Shown: piece by piece, positions 1 through 8,934 of the stretch
Numbering within the stretch: the first letter of the stretch is position 1
Layout of the letters: every line of letters starts with the position of its first letter
DNA from: a virus
Taxonomy: Duplodnaviria > Caudoviricetes
Length of the DNA: 64,000 nucleotides
Strand: one strand, 5' to 3'
Virus record (IMG/VR): IMGVR_UViG_3300028906_000004
Coordinates: 759 to 64,758 of that record
The notes under the pieces: model-generated
Databases searched by the model: none
Seen by the model: only the letters and a program-made list of their open reading frames with translations
Told to the model about the DNA's origin: nothing
Made by a program: the position numbers and the translations under genes

Positions 1-86
1 AGCGTGGGGACTCGAACCCTCGCCTTGGTCATCTTTGGCCAAATAGCGGCGCCCTTCGCTATGTCCGCAGCGCATCGCCAAGCCCC

Positions 87-248
87 TTATTCCGGAAAGG
101 TCACTTCTTCCGGCTTGAGTGAGAACAGCCCGTGCATGCCTTGCGCGGTTTCTTTCTGCACCTGGAGCCGCAGTTCGCCGAGGTGGCCAATCTTCTCGCC
201 GAGAACCCGGAGCCGCAGGCCGTTCTTCTTCCAAGTGACGATGAGCAT
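87..248 (-). CDS. small hypothetical protein (53 aa, MLIVTWKKNGLRLRVLGEKIGHLGELRLQV...)
   Basis: Read manually on the minus strand: ATG at 248 preceded by GGAG, stop at 87; too short for the ORF track. Confidence 0.5.
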   Translation of the reverse strand: MLIVTWKKNGLRLRVLGEKIGHLGELRLQVQKETAQGMHGLFSLKPEEVTFPE

Positions 249-286
249 GTCCGTCTCCCGTTGTTTGATAATGCGAATTTATGCCC

Positions 287-304
287 TTGACGGATTAGTG
301 TCAA
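287..304. promoter_or_regulatory. divergent sigma70-like -35 pair (TTGAC-N8-GTCAA) between divergent genes
   Basis: Sequence ttgacggattagtgtcaa in an AT-rich gap between the minus ORF starting at 248 and the plus ORF at 323. Confidence 0.4.
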
Positions 305-322
305 TAGCGTAAATAGGGATCG

Positions 323-928
323 ATGAAAATAAATGGCGCAAAACCGCAACCGCTTCTGGGCCAGTTAGACCGTGGCTACGCGCGGCGGTGGACGCTATTA
401 CCGCTGGCGGATCAGGAGCATTTCCTCGTGCGCGCCGGGCTCCAGGCGCGTCAAATCTACGTCGAGGGGCGCAGCGCCGAAACGCTTGAGACTCTGGTGA
501 AGGCGGTTCGCAAAGGACAGTTGATCGGCGTGTGGGGCGGCCTGCGCGTGTTCGGTGAGACCCGTCGCCAGATCATGGCCGCGCTTGCGGCGATCGAGGG
601 GCGGGGCGGTATTGTACTGGACGTAGAAAGCGGCGACCGCAGCGATAAGCGAGGCGCGCACATGCTTGACCGGGCACTGGCTCGGCTGCGCGGCGAACTG
701 ACCATGGCCGATCGGGCGCCCGAAATCGGCGCACTCGGCGGCACCGCTCGCGGCAAAGCGATGCAGGCGCGGCGCATGCCCGAGAATCAGGCCCGCAAGA
801 TTTGGCGAGACAAGAGCATCACAACGGCGGTTGCTCTGTCGCGCATGCCGGGATGGTCGAAGCCGACCGCATTGCGCTGGCTCGGACCAAGCAAACGGCC
901 GCGAGGCCCATTCGAGGCAAAGAGGTAG
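323..928 (+). CDS. resolvase/serine-recombinase-like protein, apparently lacking the catalytic serine
   Basis: RGYARRW aligns with the GYARVS nucleophile motif; IYVE...LETLVKAVRKGQLIGVWGGLRVFG resembles the resolvase core; possible C-terminal HTH. Confidence 0.55.
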   Translation: MKINGAKPQPLLGQLDRGYARRWTLLPLADQEHFLVRAGLQARQIYVEGRSAETLETLVKAVRKGQLIGVWGGLRVFGETRRQIMAALAAIEGRGGIVLDVESGDRSDKRGAHMLDRALARLRGELTMADRAPEIGALGGTARGKAMQARRMPENQARKIWRDKSITTAVALSRMPGWSKPTALRWLGPSKRPRGPFEAKR

Positions 929-1050
929 GGAACCAGTTCGGCGGTTATATCGGCGCACCGCTGAATAGATCGAAGCAAGCGCCGAAATTCTTATCGGAGC
1001 TAGAACCCGATGGAAGAGTCGAAGAAGCAAGTCGAAGGCATGATTAAAAA

Positions 1051-1072
1051 GGGATTTATATACTTGACTCCC
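1051..1072 (+). repeat. IS left terminal inverted repeat
   Basis: Exact reverse complement of 2678-2699. Confidence 0.95.
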
Positions 1073-1117
1073 TCGGATTTCCGGGCTAGACTTTTGGCAG
1101 AAATCGAGGGATAGGCC

Positions 1118-2035
1118 ATGAGCAAGAGCACCATTTCGACGTTCCAGTTGTTCGCGATGTTTCCCGACCAGGAGACGGCGCGGAAGTATCTCGAAGGGCG
1201 GTTGTGGCCGCAGGGTCCGCGCTGCCCGGTCTGCGGCCTGGGCGAGCGGATCACCGAACGGGCAAACGGCTTCTATCGCTGCAACCAGTGCAAGGAGGAC
1301 TTCACGGTGCGCACGGGGACGATTTTCGAGCGCAGCCATGTTCCCCTGCACAAGTGGGTTTACGCGATGTACCTGCTCGTCACGGCACGCAAGGGCATAT
1401 CCTCGATGCAGCTTGCGAAGGAAATAGGGATCACCCAGAAGTCGGCTTGGTTCGTATTGCACCGCCTGCGGGAAGCCTGCGGTTCCGACCTCAAGAAGCT
1501 GCAAGGCATTATCGAGATTGACGAAACCTTCGTCGGCGGGATCGAGGCTAACAAGCATGAGCACAAGAAGCTGAAGGCGGGACGCGGTACGGTCGGTAAG
1601 ACGCCCGTGCTTGGCATGCGCGAGCGCGGCGGCCGAACCAAGGCGTTCAAGCTGGCCAACACGGAAGCGCAGACAATCCAAGACGTTATCGTGCAAAATG
1701 CTGAAGTCGGCTCGGTCCTGCACACCGACGAAGCGGGAGCCTATCGCGATCTTGGCGGGCTGTTCTTCAGCCACGACACAGTGAACCATTCGCTCGGCGA
1801 GTTCTCCCGCGCTGGCGTCACCACGAACAGCATTGAGAGCGTCTTTGCGGTTCTCAAGCGCGGGCTGATCGGCGTCTATCACCACGCCAGCCCTAAGCAT
1901 CTTGGCCGCTACGTTGACGAGTTCGCCTTCCGGCTCAACGAAGGCAACGTCAAAAACCACACGCTGACGCGGCTTGACGCCTTCGTGGACGGCGTTGCGG
2001 GCAAGCGGCTGACCTACAAGGTACTGACGCAATGA
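1118..2035 (+). CDS. tnp: IS1595 family transposase (Zn ribbon, HTH, DDE)
   Basis: CPVCG...CNQCK Zn ribbon; IEIDETFVGG, LHTDE and TTNSIESVFAVLKRG catalytic motifs; YVDEFAFRLN. Confidence 0.95.
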   Translation: MSKSTISTFQLFAMFPDQETARKYLEGRLWPQGPRCPVCGLGERITERANGFYRCNQCKEDFTVRTGTIFERSHVPLHKWVYAMYLLVTARKGISSMQLAKEIGITQKSAWFVLHRLREACGSDLKKLQGIIEIDETFVGGIEANKHEHKKLKAGRGTVGKTPVLGMRERGGRTKAFKLANTEAQTIQDVIVQNAEVGSVLHTDEAGAYRDLGGLFFSHDTVNHSLGEFSRAGVTTNSIESVFAVLKRGLIGVYHHASPKHLGRYVDEFAFRLNEGNVKNHTLTRLDAFVDGVAGKRLTYKVLTQ

Positions 2036-2163
2036 GCGCGCCAGCAAAGCCGCCAAAGGCGCTGGACGCGATCGTGGACACCGTTCTGCGGTATCGGCCG
2101 AAGCCCAAGAGCAAGCCCGCCAAGAGACGGAAGCGGCGAGCGAGGAAACTCGCCAATGGCTGA
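2032..2163 (+). CDS. small basic 43-aa ORF inside the IS
   Basis: MSAPAKPPKALDAIVDTVLRYRPKPKSKPAKRRKRRARKLANG; overlaps the tnp stop (ATGA) and the MTase start. Confidence 0.65.
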   Translation: MSAPAKPPKALDAIVDTVLRYRPKPKSKPAKRRKRRARKLANG

Positions 2164-2638
2164 CCTTTTCGGTACCGCGCATCAAAGCAAATTGCGACCA
2201 CACGAAAACAAGTTCCATTGCGGCAATGGGGACGACGGTAAGCACTATTGGATAACACCGCCAGAGCTTTACGCGACCCTTGATGCAGAGTTCCATTTCG
2301 ATTTTGATCCATGTCCCTTCCCGCTGCCGAAAGGGTTCGACGGGCTTACATGCGAGTGGGGCCGCTCGAATTACGTCAACCCACCGTTCGGATCCATTAT
2401 TCATCAGGGCAAGAAGAAAGGGCCGACCGCATGGGTTCGAAAGGCGATAGCCGAACAAGCCAAAGGCAAGAGCGTCGTCCTGGTCTATCCTGTTGATAAG
2501 TGGGTTTTGATGTTGTTGTCGGCGATAGGTACCGAAGTTCGGAATCTTGGCGACATTCGATGGCTTTCTATCGAGGACGGCCAGCCGGGAAAGGGCACCG
2601 GACGGCATATCGCGGCTTTCATACTGAATCCAAAATGA
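2156..2638 (+). CDS. phage Dam-type DNA N6-adenine methyltransferase (IS passenger)
   Basis: YWITPPELYATLDAEFHFDFDPCP and YVNPPF motifs typical of the phage N6-adenine MTase family. Confidence 0.8.
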   Translation: MADLFGTAHQSKLRPHENKFHCGNGDDGKHYWITPPELYATLDAEFHFDFDPCPFPLPKGFDGLTCEWGRSNYVNPPFGSIIHQGKKKGPTAWVRKAIAEQAKGKSVVLVYPVDKWVLMLLSAIGTEVRNLGDIRWLSIEDGQPGKGTGRHIAAFILNPK

Positions 2639-2677
2639 GGTACTGCTCATGCGCCAATCATCTAGCTATTGTGCCAT

Positions 2678-2699
2678 GGGAGTCAAGTATATAAATCCC
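2678..2699 (-). repeat. IS right terminal inverted repeat
   Basis: gggagtcaagtatataaatccc, followed by TSD attaaaaa. Confidence 0.95.
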
Positions 2700-2858
2700 A
2701 TTAAAAAGGCGTCCGAGGCCGAGAAATCCGAGGACGCAATGCGTTTTTCCCAAGCAGCTCTTAACGCCGCAAACGCTCTCGTCGCCATGTTTTTGAACTT
2801 GCACGCAAAGTAAACTAATCGGGCCGGGTGAAATTCCCGGCCCACAATTGAGGAAACC

Positions 2859-3062
2859 GTGGACACCGCCGACGTCGTTAAGATGCTTCGTGACAAATGC
2901 GAGCGCGCAGGCGGCCTGAGACCGTGGAGTCGGATGAACGGCGTATCGAACGGACACGTCAGCGAGGTTCTCAATGGTCACCGCAATATCGAAACGCCTA
3001 TGCTCGCGGCGCTCAAACTTGAGCGTGTCGTGACCTACCGCAAACTGAAGCCGAAGAAGTGA
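2859..3062 (+). CDS. small XRE/Cro-like HTH protein
   Basis: GLRPWSRMNGVSNGHVSEVLNGHR helix-turn-helix pattern. Confidence 0.7.
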   Translation: MDTADVVKMLRDKCERAGGLRPWSRMNGVSNGHVSEVLNGHRNIETPMLAALKLERVVTYRKLKPKK

Positions 3063-3069
3063 GGAACCT

Positions 3070-3789
3070 GTGAAGCACATCGGCGCGATCTCCGGGGGCA
3101 AGGACAGCGTGGCAATGGCCGTGCTGCTCAAGGAGACGCATCCCGATCGGCAATTCCAATGGGTTTGCACCCCTACCGGCAATGAACCGCCGGAATGGTT
3201 CGCTCATATGAGATCGCTGCGCGACCGGATCGGAACTATCACGCCGATCATGTACCCCGGCGGTCTTGGTGCTCTGATCAAACAGTGGAATGCTCTGCCT
3301 AACTGGCGACAGCGATGGTGTACGCGCGTGCTCAAGATCGAACCGTTCGCCGCCTTCCTGATGCAGAGCGCGCCGGCCAAGTTCTATGTCGGTCTGCGGG
3401 CCGATGAGGAAGCGCGCGAGGGGGGCGATTACAAGGAGGTGCCCGGCGTTGAGATGGCGTTTCCGCTTCGCGAGGCCGGGATGGGATTGGCGGAGGTTTT
3501 GGACTTCCTGATGGTCCGTCAAATTCGGATACCGCGCCGCACTGACTGCATGCTTTGTTTCTTCCAACGGCTGATCGAGTGGTTCGAGCTGTGGCACGAC
3601 AACCGCGAGGCTTGGATGGAGGGTGAACGGTTCGAGGAACTGACCGGCTACACCTTCCGCTCGCCAGGACGCGACACGCAGCCGGCTTCGTTGAAGGACT
3701 TGCGCGCGAAGTTCGAGACTGGTTGGATACCAAAGGACACGCGCCGCGATCCGCTCGACGGGATGCAGTGTCGTGTCTGTCGGATGTAA
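3070..3789 (+). CDS. PAPS reductase / PP-loop family protein
   Basis: N-terminal ISGGKDS PP-loop; RWCTRVLKIEP, VGLRADE and DCMLCFFQ cysteine motifs. Confidence 0.85.
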   Translation: MKHIGAISGGKDSVAMAVLLKETHPDRQFQWVCTPTGNEPPEWFAHMRSLRDRIGTITPIMYPGGLGALIKQWNALPNWRQRWCTRVLKIEPFAAFLMQSAPAKFYVGLRADEEAREGGDYKEVPGVEMAFPLREAGMGLAEVLDFLMVRQIRIPRRTDCMLCFFQRLIEWFELWHDNREAWMEGERFEELTGYTFRSPGRDTQPASLKDLRAKFETGWIPKDTRRDPLDGMQCRVCRM

Positions 3790-3821
3790 TTGGATCAATC
3801 GCGGCTTAGAACGAGGGAACC

Positions 3822-4037
3822 ATGGCACCGATGAGTGATTTTGCTTGGGTGGCTCTTGACCAGCTTAAAAAGGGCGACGTATGGGACGGCGACCTCGTTT
3901 CTAAATCCGGGCGATCGGAGTTGATCACGTTGGGTCTCGCCGAACGCAAGGGTCAGGGGATGAATGGGCTGACATTTTCCGGGCGCGAGCTTGCCGCCCG
4001 AACGGCGGGAAATTGGTCCACCGGCAAGCGACAATAG
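3822..4037 (+). CDS. hypothetical phage protein
   Basis: 71-aa ORF with GAGG SD; WDGDLVSKSGRSELITLGLA. Confidence 0.6.
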   Translation: MAPMSDFAWVALDQLKKGDVWDGDLVSKSGRSELITLGLAERKGQGMNGLTFSGRELAARTAGNWSTGKRQ

Positions 4038-4139
4038 GGAACCAGATGGCTTGGTTCGGCGTGATCTCGTTCATAATTATCATTATTGCCCTCTGGCTTG
4101 GCATCGATTGGGCAAGGCACACATAAAATGGAGGAACGC

Positions 4140-4322
4140 ATGCGGCCGTATGTTCTGGATTGCCCGTTCTGTGGTTCACAGCCAGCATTTGTTGACCTGG
4201 ACGGTGGCCGAATCAAAATCGAATGTCAGGCCCACGATCTTAGCCATATTAGCGCCTTTGTGATCGGAGACGCTGCTACGCAGGCTGCTGATCGTTGGAA
4301 TCGGCGACGCCATAAGAATTGA
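4140..4322 (+). CDS. lar: Lar-family restriction-alleviation Zn-finger protein
   Basis: LDCPFCGS...IEC...A...WNRR pattern; GGAGG SD before the ATG at 4140. Confidence 0.7.
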   Translation: MRPYVLDCPFCGSQPAFVDLDGGRIKIECQAHDLSHISAFVIGDAATQAADRWNRRRHKN

Positions 4323-4534
4323 GGGACCGGATGCACTGTTTCCGAGTGGCCGTACCGACAACAAATAGTGCGCGGGACACATTTCGGCTCGCAGACGGTT
4401 GCTATTACGATTGTGATAGTGGAGAGGTGTACGTCATGGCGGCAGACGCTGCCGAGGTCGGAAAGATGGTTCCTGTCGCACTCAAGATCGAACTGCTTGG
4501 ACTCTCCTTTCCACAGCACCAAAAAGTCAAATGA
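4319..4534 (+). CDS. hypothetical phage protein
   Basis: Coupled to flanking genes by ATGA overlaps. Confidence 0.55.
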   Translation: MRDRMHCFRVAVPTTNSARDTFRLADGCYYDCDSGEVYVMAADAAEVGKMVPVALKIELLGLSFPQHQKVK

Positions 4535-4809
4535 GGGAAGCAATGGACGTCGAGGATATCGGACAGAGCTTAGACAATCCTCCGCGTGAATGTCGCTGCT
4601 GTCGTAAACTCGTACCCTACGGTCAGCTTGCCTGCCGACCGCATTGGCGGATGTTGCCCGAGCCGCTTCGCCTCGCGATCATCTCGACCTATGGCAAACG
4701 CCACTGGCGAGCGTATGCTGAGAATGTCAGGCAAGCTGATAAGCTGTGGCAAGACGCTGGACTTTGGAAGCCTGGCATTCCATCTGGTTCAATCGACGTC
4801 AAAGGATAG
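4531..4809 (+). CDS. hypothetical Cys/His-containing phage protein
   Basis: CRCCRK...LACRPHWRMLPEPLR motif. Confidence 0.6.
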   Translation: MREAMDVEDIGQSLDNPPRECRCCRKLVPYGQLACRPHWRMLPEPLRLAIISTYGKRHWRAYAENVRQADKLWQDAGLWKPGIPSGSIDVKG

Positions 4810-5514
4810 GAACTGATGACCGACAAAGAGACTGACAAGGCCAAATTGCACCACCCTATGAGCAAGAGTGCCGCGCTAACCATTGCTGATCGATTACAGA
4901 AATTGGATGACCCGACATTGCGTTCTCCCGACGAGATAAGACTCGTCATTGCTGCACTACGGTACTATGGAAAATAACAGTGAGGAACGCCGATGGATCA
5001 CGAACTGATAACGTGGGTTGCGGTTATCGGCCTGTTCATCATCCTGCGGCTGCACATCATGTTGCTTCAGCGGCGCGTCTCAAGTCTTGAGAAGTGGGCT
5101 AATGCGAAAAGCACTTCGGTAATCCATAAGTGAGGAACGATGGGCAATCTAATCAGAACCGAAGACGTGCTCGCTCCACACCATCTGATGGAGCTATTCA
5201 CCTGTTCCGACGACGGCGAATACGATGGGCCGGATTTGGACGAATGTGGCGGCATCGTTCAGGTGTGTGAGGGTGTCTGGAAGCTAGAACCGGACGGCGA
5301 GCTGTGGCGATTATGGCTCAACCCAGTGTCATAGAGAGGAAGCCGTGCCAACAGAGGCAGAGATCGACGTAGCGGCTCGCGCGATAGCAAATGCGCCGCC
5401 TGACGAGTGGGAAGATGCCACATTTTTTGATCGATGCCGTTTACTGGCTCGCGCTGCTCTTGAAGCGGTGGAACGTTCACGAGAATCTGGATCATCAAAG
5501 GCATAGGAACTATT

Positions 5515-5871
5515 ATGTTCAAAGATATTATTGCCGCTTTATTCTCGCTCATTGTTCTGCTACTTTTCGGTACTGTGCTTTATCTGGTTTTGACGCATCC
5601 TCCCACACTTAGCGAGGGTCAGGCGGCGATAGCTCAGCTTCTGCTCGGAGTTCTTGTCACTGCCTTTGCCGGCGTCATGAATTACTACATCGGCAGTTCG
5701 GCCTCAAGCACGAAGAAAGACGAAACTATTCAACAGGCAATGCTTAACGCAGGAACTGGTAACGGCGAGACCGTAAAGCTAACGACGACGCAACCTGGCA
5801 CTGCTACAGCGACAAGTACTAAGCCAGCATCACTTGACACAGAAAAACCAACCCTGGTGGACAAGACATGA
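5515..5871 (+). CDS. holin-like membrane protein
   Basis: Two hydrophobic helices followed by NYYIGSSASSTKKDET, the YFGSS-x-GS-x-xKD pattern of phage holin-like proteins. Confidence 0.6.
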   Translation: MFKDIIAALFSLIVLLLFGTVLYLVLTHPPTLSEGQAAIAQLLLGVLVTAFAGVMNYYIGSSASSTKKDETIQQAMLNAGTGNGETVKLTTTQPGTATATSTKPASLDTEKPTLVDKT

Positions 5872-6662
5872 GCATGCCTGCATTGGCTGCGGCAGTAGCC
5901 GCAGAAGACAAAGCAATCGACGAAGTGGTCGCAGAAATCGACGCGGTGAGGAAGATACCGCTCGCCGTCATGAACCAGTCGTCAGTGATAACTGACACTG
6001 AGATACAGGCAATGATTCCGGCATTCTCTACACAATGGAACAGAGACCTCGTCCCGGTATGGGGTGTTGACCCTGTCATAATGAGCTTTGTGCCGAAGGG
6101 AGCAACGCCTCTGTCAAGTGCGTGGTGGCTCGTCTTCCTGGACGACAGCGATCAGGCTGGGGCACTAGCTTACCACGACTTGACGAATACCGGCTTGCCA
6201 ATCAGCAAAATCTTCGTAAAAACGCTGCAGGCGGATCATGCCAGCATCAGTGTCGGTGCAAGCCACGAACTCTGTGAAATGAGTCTGGATCCGTTCTTGA
6301 ACTCTGCGGCGCAAGATGCGAGCAATGTTTTCTGGGCTCTCGAAAATTGTGATCCATGTGAAGACGATTCCTACGGGTATGAGATAAACGGAGTTCTCGT
6401 TACCGATTTTGTTACTCCGAGTTGGTTTGGGCATCAGTATGCTGCTGCACCTTTCGACTTCGCCGGTCATTGCCAGTCGGCCTTCGAGGTGCTAAGCGGC
6501 GGCTACGCGCAAAAATTCTCCGAGGCTGGAGGGTGGACTCAGATTACCGGCTCGAAAGCGAGAAGCTTCGAACGAGCAAGAGCAGTCGTTGGCTCCCGGC
6601 GTGAACGGCGTATGCGATCGTGGAAAAGTTGGGAACGCAGCGGCGTTAAGTTCGGAACGTAA
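5868..6662 (+). CDS. zincin-like metallopeptidase
   Basis: GALAYHD and SHELCEMSLDP (HExxE) followed by YEINGVLVTDFVTPSWF. Confidence 0.65.
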   Translation: MSMPALAAAVAAEDKAIDEVVAEIDAVRKIPLAVMNQSSVITDTEIQAMIPAFSTQWNRDLVPVWGVDPVIMSFVPKGATPLSSAWWLVFLDDSDQAGALAYHDLTNTGLPISKIFVKTLQADHASISVGASHELCEMSLDPFLNSAAQDASNVFWALENCDPCEDDSYGYEINGVLVTDFVTPSWFGHQYAAAPFDFAGHCQSAFEVLSGGYAQKFSEAGGWTQITGSKARSFERARAVVGSRRERRMRSWKSWERSGVKFGT

Positions 6663-6702
6663 AGCTCTGTTGCCGCGTTGACCTCTTGAGAGGATTCCCT
6701 CA

Positions 6703-7128
6703 ATGGACATAAACTTGAATGTAAACGGCACTCTCAACGTTACCTTTCCGCAGTGGCCCGAGATCAAGACACTGCTGCAAGGACTAGACGCCAAGCTTGA
6801 TCTCATTCTGCAAAAAGAGGACTACCTCATGTCAGCATCGGACGACTTGGCCACTGCCGTGGCCGCAGAGGATACTACCATCGCCAGCGCCGTGGCGCTG
6901 CTCAACGGCATTCCCGCCCTCATTACCGCGTCGGCTACCGCAGCTGGGGTGGACGCCGCGACGATTGCCAAAATCAATGCGGATATCGTCGCTCAAACGG
7001 CTACCCTTGCCGCCGCCGTTGTTGTGGGGACTCCCGTCCCTCCGACTTCGCCTACCGCGCCAGTGATCACTCCGCCTGTCGCTACTTCCATGGCGCAGAA
7101 GGCCGTCGCCGACGCCAAGCGGAAGTAA
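6703..7128 (+). CDS. hypothetical Ala-rich phage protein
   Basis: 141-aa ORF with typical codon usage; a second ATG with AGAGG SD near 6828. Confidence 0.6.
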   Translation: MDINLNVNGTLNVTFPQWPEIKTLLQGLDAKLDLILQKEDYLMSASDDLATAVAAEDTTIASAVALLNGIPALITASATAAGVDAATIAKINADIVAQTATLAAAVVVGTPVPPTSPTAPVITPPVATSMAQKAVADAKRK

Positions 7129-7419
7129 GCTATCACGAACCAACAGTGCAGAAATTTACTTTTGCACTGTTGCATTATTGCAACTACATTTTTACGATTA
7201 GGGGTGTAGGTTCCTGTTCAGTTTCGTTGCTTCAGAACAGGAGCGTTTCATGGACCCCAAACTTGCTGCCGCCAAGCTCGCTGCCGCAGTTGCCGCCGTC
7301 AAAGCAGAGCTGGCCGCCAATTTCCCGCAGTGGGAAATAAACCTAATTCCCAACTTTGAGGCTAACGTGCAGCAAATGGTTATCGCTGCACTGACGGCGG
7401 CCGATGGAGTAACCAGCGC

Positions 7420-7755
7420 ATGAGAAAGCTCCTTTTGGCGCTGGTCGCCACCACTTCGCTTGGTGCCTGCTCGACGACGACAGGCAGCGGCCTCACCCCG
7501 ACAACTCTGCAGAATGCCCTCGTCGCCGGATGCGGCATCGTCATCTCGTCTGCATCGCTGCTGCAGCTCATCTCAGCGGCCAACTCGACGCTCACCTCAA
7601 TCGACGCAATCGTAACGGCCGTATGCCAGGCCTATGCCGTGGCGTCGGCTCCGGTAACGACACCTAAGGGACGGCTTGTCTTCCGCCAGACGGCTCCGAT
7701 TGCCGTCACCATCGGCGGCATCGTCGTTCCCATCACCGGCGCGAAGCCTATCTAA
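7420..7755 (+). CDS. lipoprotein (possible o-spanin or outer-membrane lipoprotein)
   Basis: MRKLLLALVATTSLGAC signal peptide II with an LGAC lipobox. Confidence 0.7.
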   Translation: MRKLLLALVATTSLGACSTTTGSGLTPTTLQNALVAGCGIVISSASLLQLISAANSTLTSIDAIVTAVCQAYAVASAPVTTPKGRLVFRQTAPIAVTIGGIVVPITGAKPI

Positions 7756-7782
7756 GCAACTATTTTTGCAGGAGTACGAAAC

Positions 7783-8580
7783 ATGAAATCGCGTATCTTC
7801 CTTTCTACTCTTCTTGCCGGCTGGGCCGGTTATGCAGGAGCGGCTGATCTGCCGGTGTACAAAGCGATTACGCCAGTAGCTCCATACGTCGTCCCTGCCG
7901 TGTCGTGGACGGGCTTCTACGTCGGCGGCCATGCCGGCTACGGCTGGGCGGCCAACGGCGGCGTTGCCGTTGACCCTGCAAACGCGGCGGCGAGTAACTT
8001 CCTTAACACTTTGGGAACGCCTGGATCTCTCGATGCATCGGCCAAGGGCGTTGTCGGCGGAGGCCAGTTCGGCTACAATCAGCAATTTGGCGCTTTTGTA
8101 CTGGGCGTGGAAGCCCTGGTTGATGCCACCAACATGTCGAGCAGCGCCAGCCAGTTGGCCTCAGCCATGGTCGGCAAGACCATGACTCAGGCTGCGCTGA
8201 TGTCGGGCACCCGAATTGACTGGGACGACGCCCTGATGCTGCGGGCCGGCTATCTGGTGACGCCGAATATCCTGGTGGCGGCCGTTGGCGGCTTGGCCTT
8301 CGGCAATATCTCCGATGATGCTGCAGTCGCCTGCATAGTCTCCTGCAAGCTCAACGGCTTCAGCAACAGCCCGAGCAACATTCATACGGGATGGACGCTG
8401 GGCGCGGAAATCGACTACATGGTGACGAGCAACATCATTGCGGGGTTGCGCTACCGCTACGTTGACCTCGGTACGCAGTCGTTCCTGGTGTCGGCAGGTG
8501 GCGCGGTTCCTGCAACCTTCAATGCGTCCGACTCGGCGCGCTGGAACGAGGCGACGTTCAAGGTTGACTTCAAGTTCTAG
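7783..8580 (+). CDS. outer-membrane beta-barrel protein, Omp25/Omp31/RopB family
   Basis: Signal peptide, AADLPVYKA, SWTGFYVGGHAGYGW, GGQFGYNQQFG, GWTLGAEIDY, and a C-terminal aromatic KVDFKF. Confidence 0.9.
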   Translation: MKSRIFLSTLLAGWAGYAGAADLPVYKAITPVAPYVVPAVSWTGFYVGGHAGYGWAANGGVAVDPANAAASNFLNTLGTPGSLDASAKGVVGGGQFGYNQQFGAFVLGVEALVDATNMSSSASQLASAMVGKTMTQAALMSGTRIDWDDALMLRAGYLVTPNILVAAVGGLAFGNISDDAAVACIVSCKLNGFSNSPSNIHTGWTLGAEIDYMVTSNIIAGLRYRYVDLGTQSFLVSAGGAVPATFNASDSARWNEATFKVDFKF

Positions 8581-8622
8581 CCGTCCGGATTCACCCCCCA
8601 ACGCGTCTTGACGGCGGATAGA

Positions 8623-8651
8623 GGGCTAGGCAGAAATGCCTAGTCCTTTTT
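8623..8651 (+). terminator. rho-independent terminator
   Basis: gggctaggca-gaaa-tgcctagtcc stem-loop followed by ttttt, downstream of the omp gene. Confidence 0.75.
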
Positions 8652-8669
8652 CACAAACAGGAGGGCGCT

Positions 8670-8903
8670 ATGGCGACTAAGTTTCCGAGGTTAAAGTCTG
8701 CCGGCCTACGTGGGGCAGTAGGGAGAGACAGAACAGAGACTCTATCGGTATCTGCGGCCAAGCTGGCGGCGCATCGGATTGCCGAGCTTGAGACAGAGAA
8801 CTCGGATTTGCAACTGGCGGCAATGAAAACTGCTATCGACCTCGACCCCGGTGCGCTGGAACACTTCAAGCGCATGGTAAAGAGCTTCCGCAACCAACTG
8901 TAA
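8670..8903 (+). CDS. hypothetical protein
   Basis: 77-aa ORF with GGAGG SD. Confidence 0.6.
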   Translation: MATKFPRLKSAGLRGAVGRDRTETLSVSAAKLAAHRIAELETENSDLQLAAMKTAIDLDPGALEHFKRMVKSFRNQL

Positions 8904-8934
8904 GAGAATGGTTCTTTGTGCTATGGTTGAGCCT

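Larger units (their letters stand above)
1051..2699 (+). mobile_element. IS1595-family insertion sequence (1649 bp) with passenger genes
   Basis: Perfect 22-bp TIRs GGGATTTATATACTTGACTCCC (1051-1072) and its reverse complement (2678-2699); 8-bp TSD ATTAAAAA at 1043-1050 and 2700-2707; DDE transposase inside. Confidence 0.95.
1010..2813 (+). pseudogene. 48-aa phage ORF split by the IS1595 insertion
   Basis: Removing 1051-2707 (IS plus one TSD copy) restores an open frame, MEESKKQVEGMIKKASEAEKSEDAMRFSQAALNAANALVAMFLNLHAK*, with GGAG upstream of the ATG at 1010. Confidence 0.8.

Noticed and set aside
1-56. tRNA-like GGTTCGAGTCCC T-loop on the minus strand
   Set aside because: The T-stem pairs poorly, no D-arm or anticodon arm could be folded, and the region reads as the start of a minus-strand ORF.
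323-928. Prophage integrase
   Set aside because: Too short for a large serine integrase, lacks the catalytic Ser, and no att duplication was found.
398-2650. 750-aa minus-strand ORF
   Set aside because: Antisense shadow of the resolvase-like, transposase and MTase genes; it crosses the IS boundary and has no motifs.
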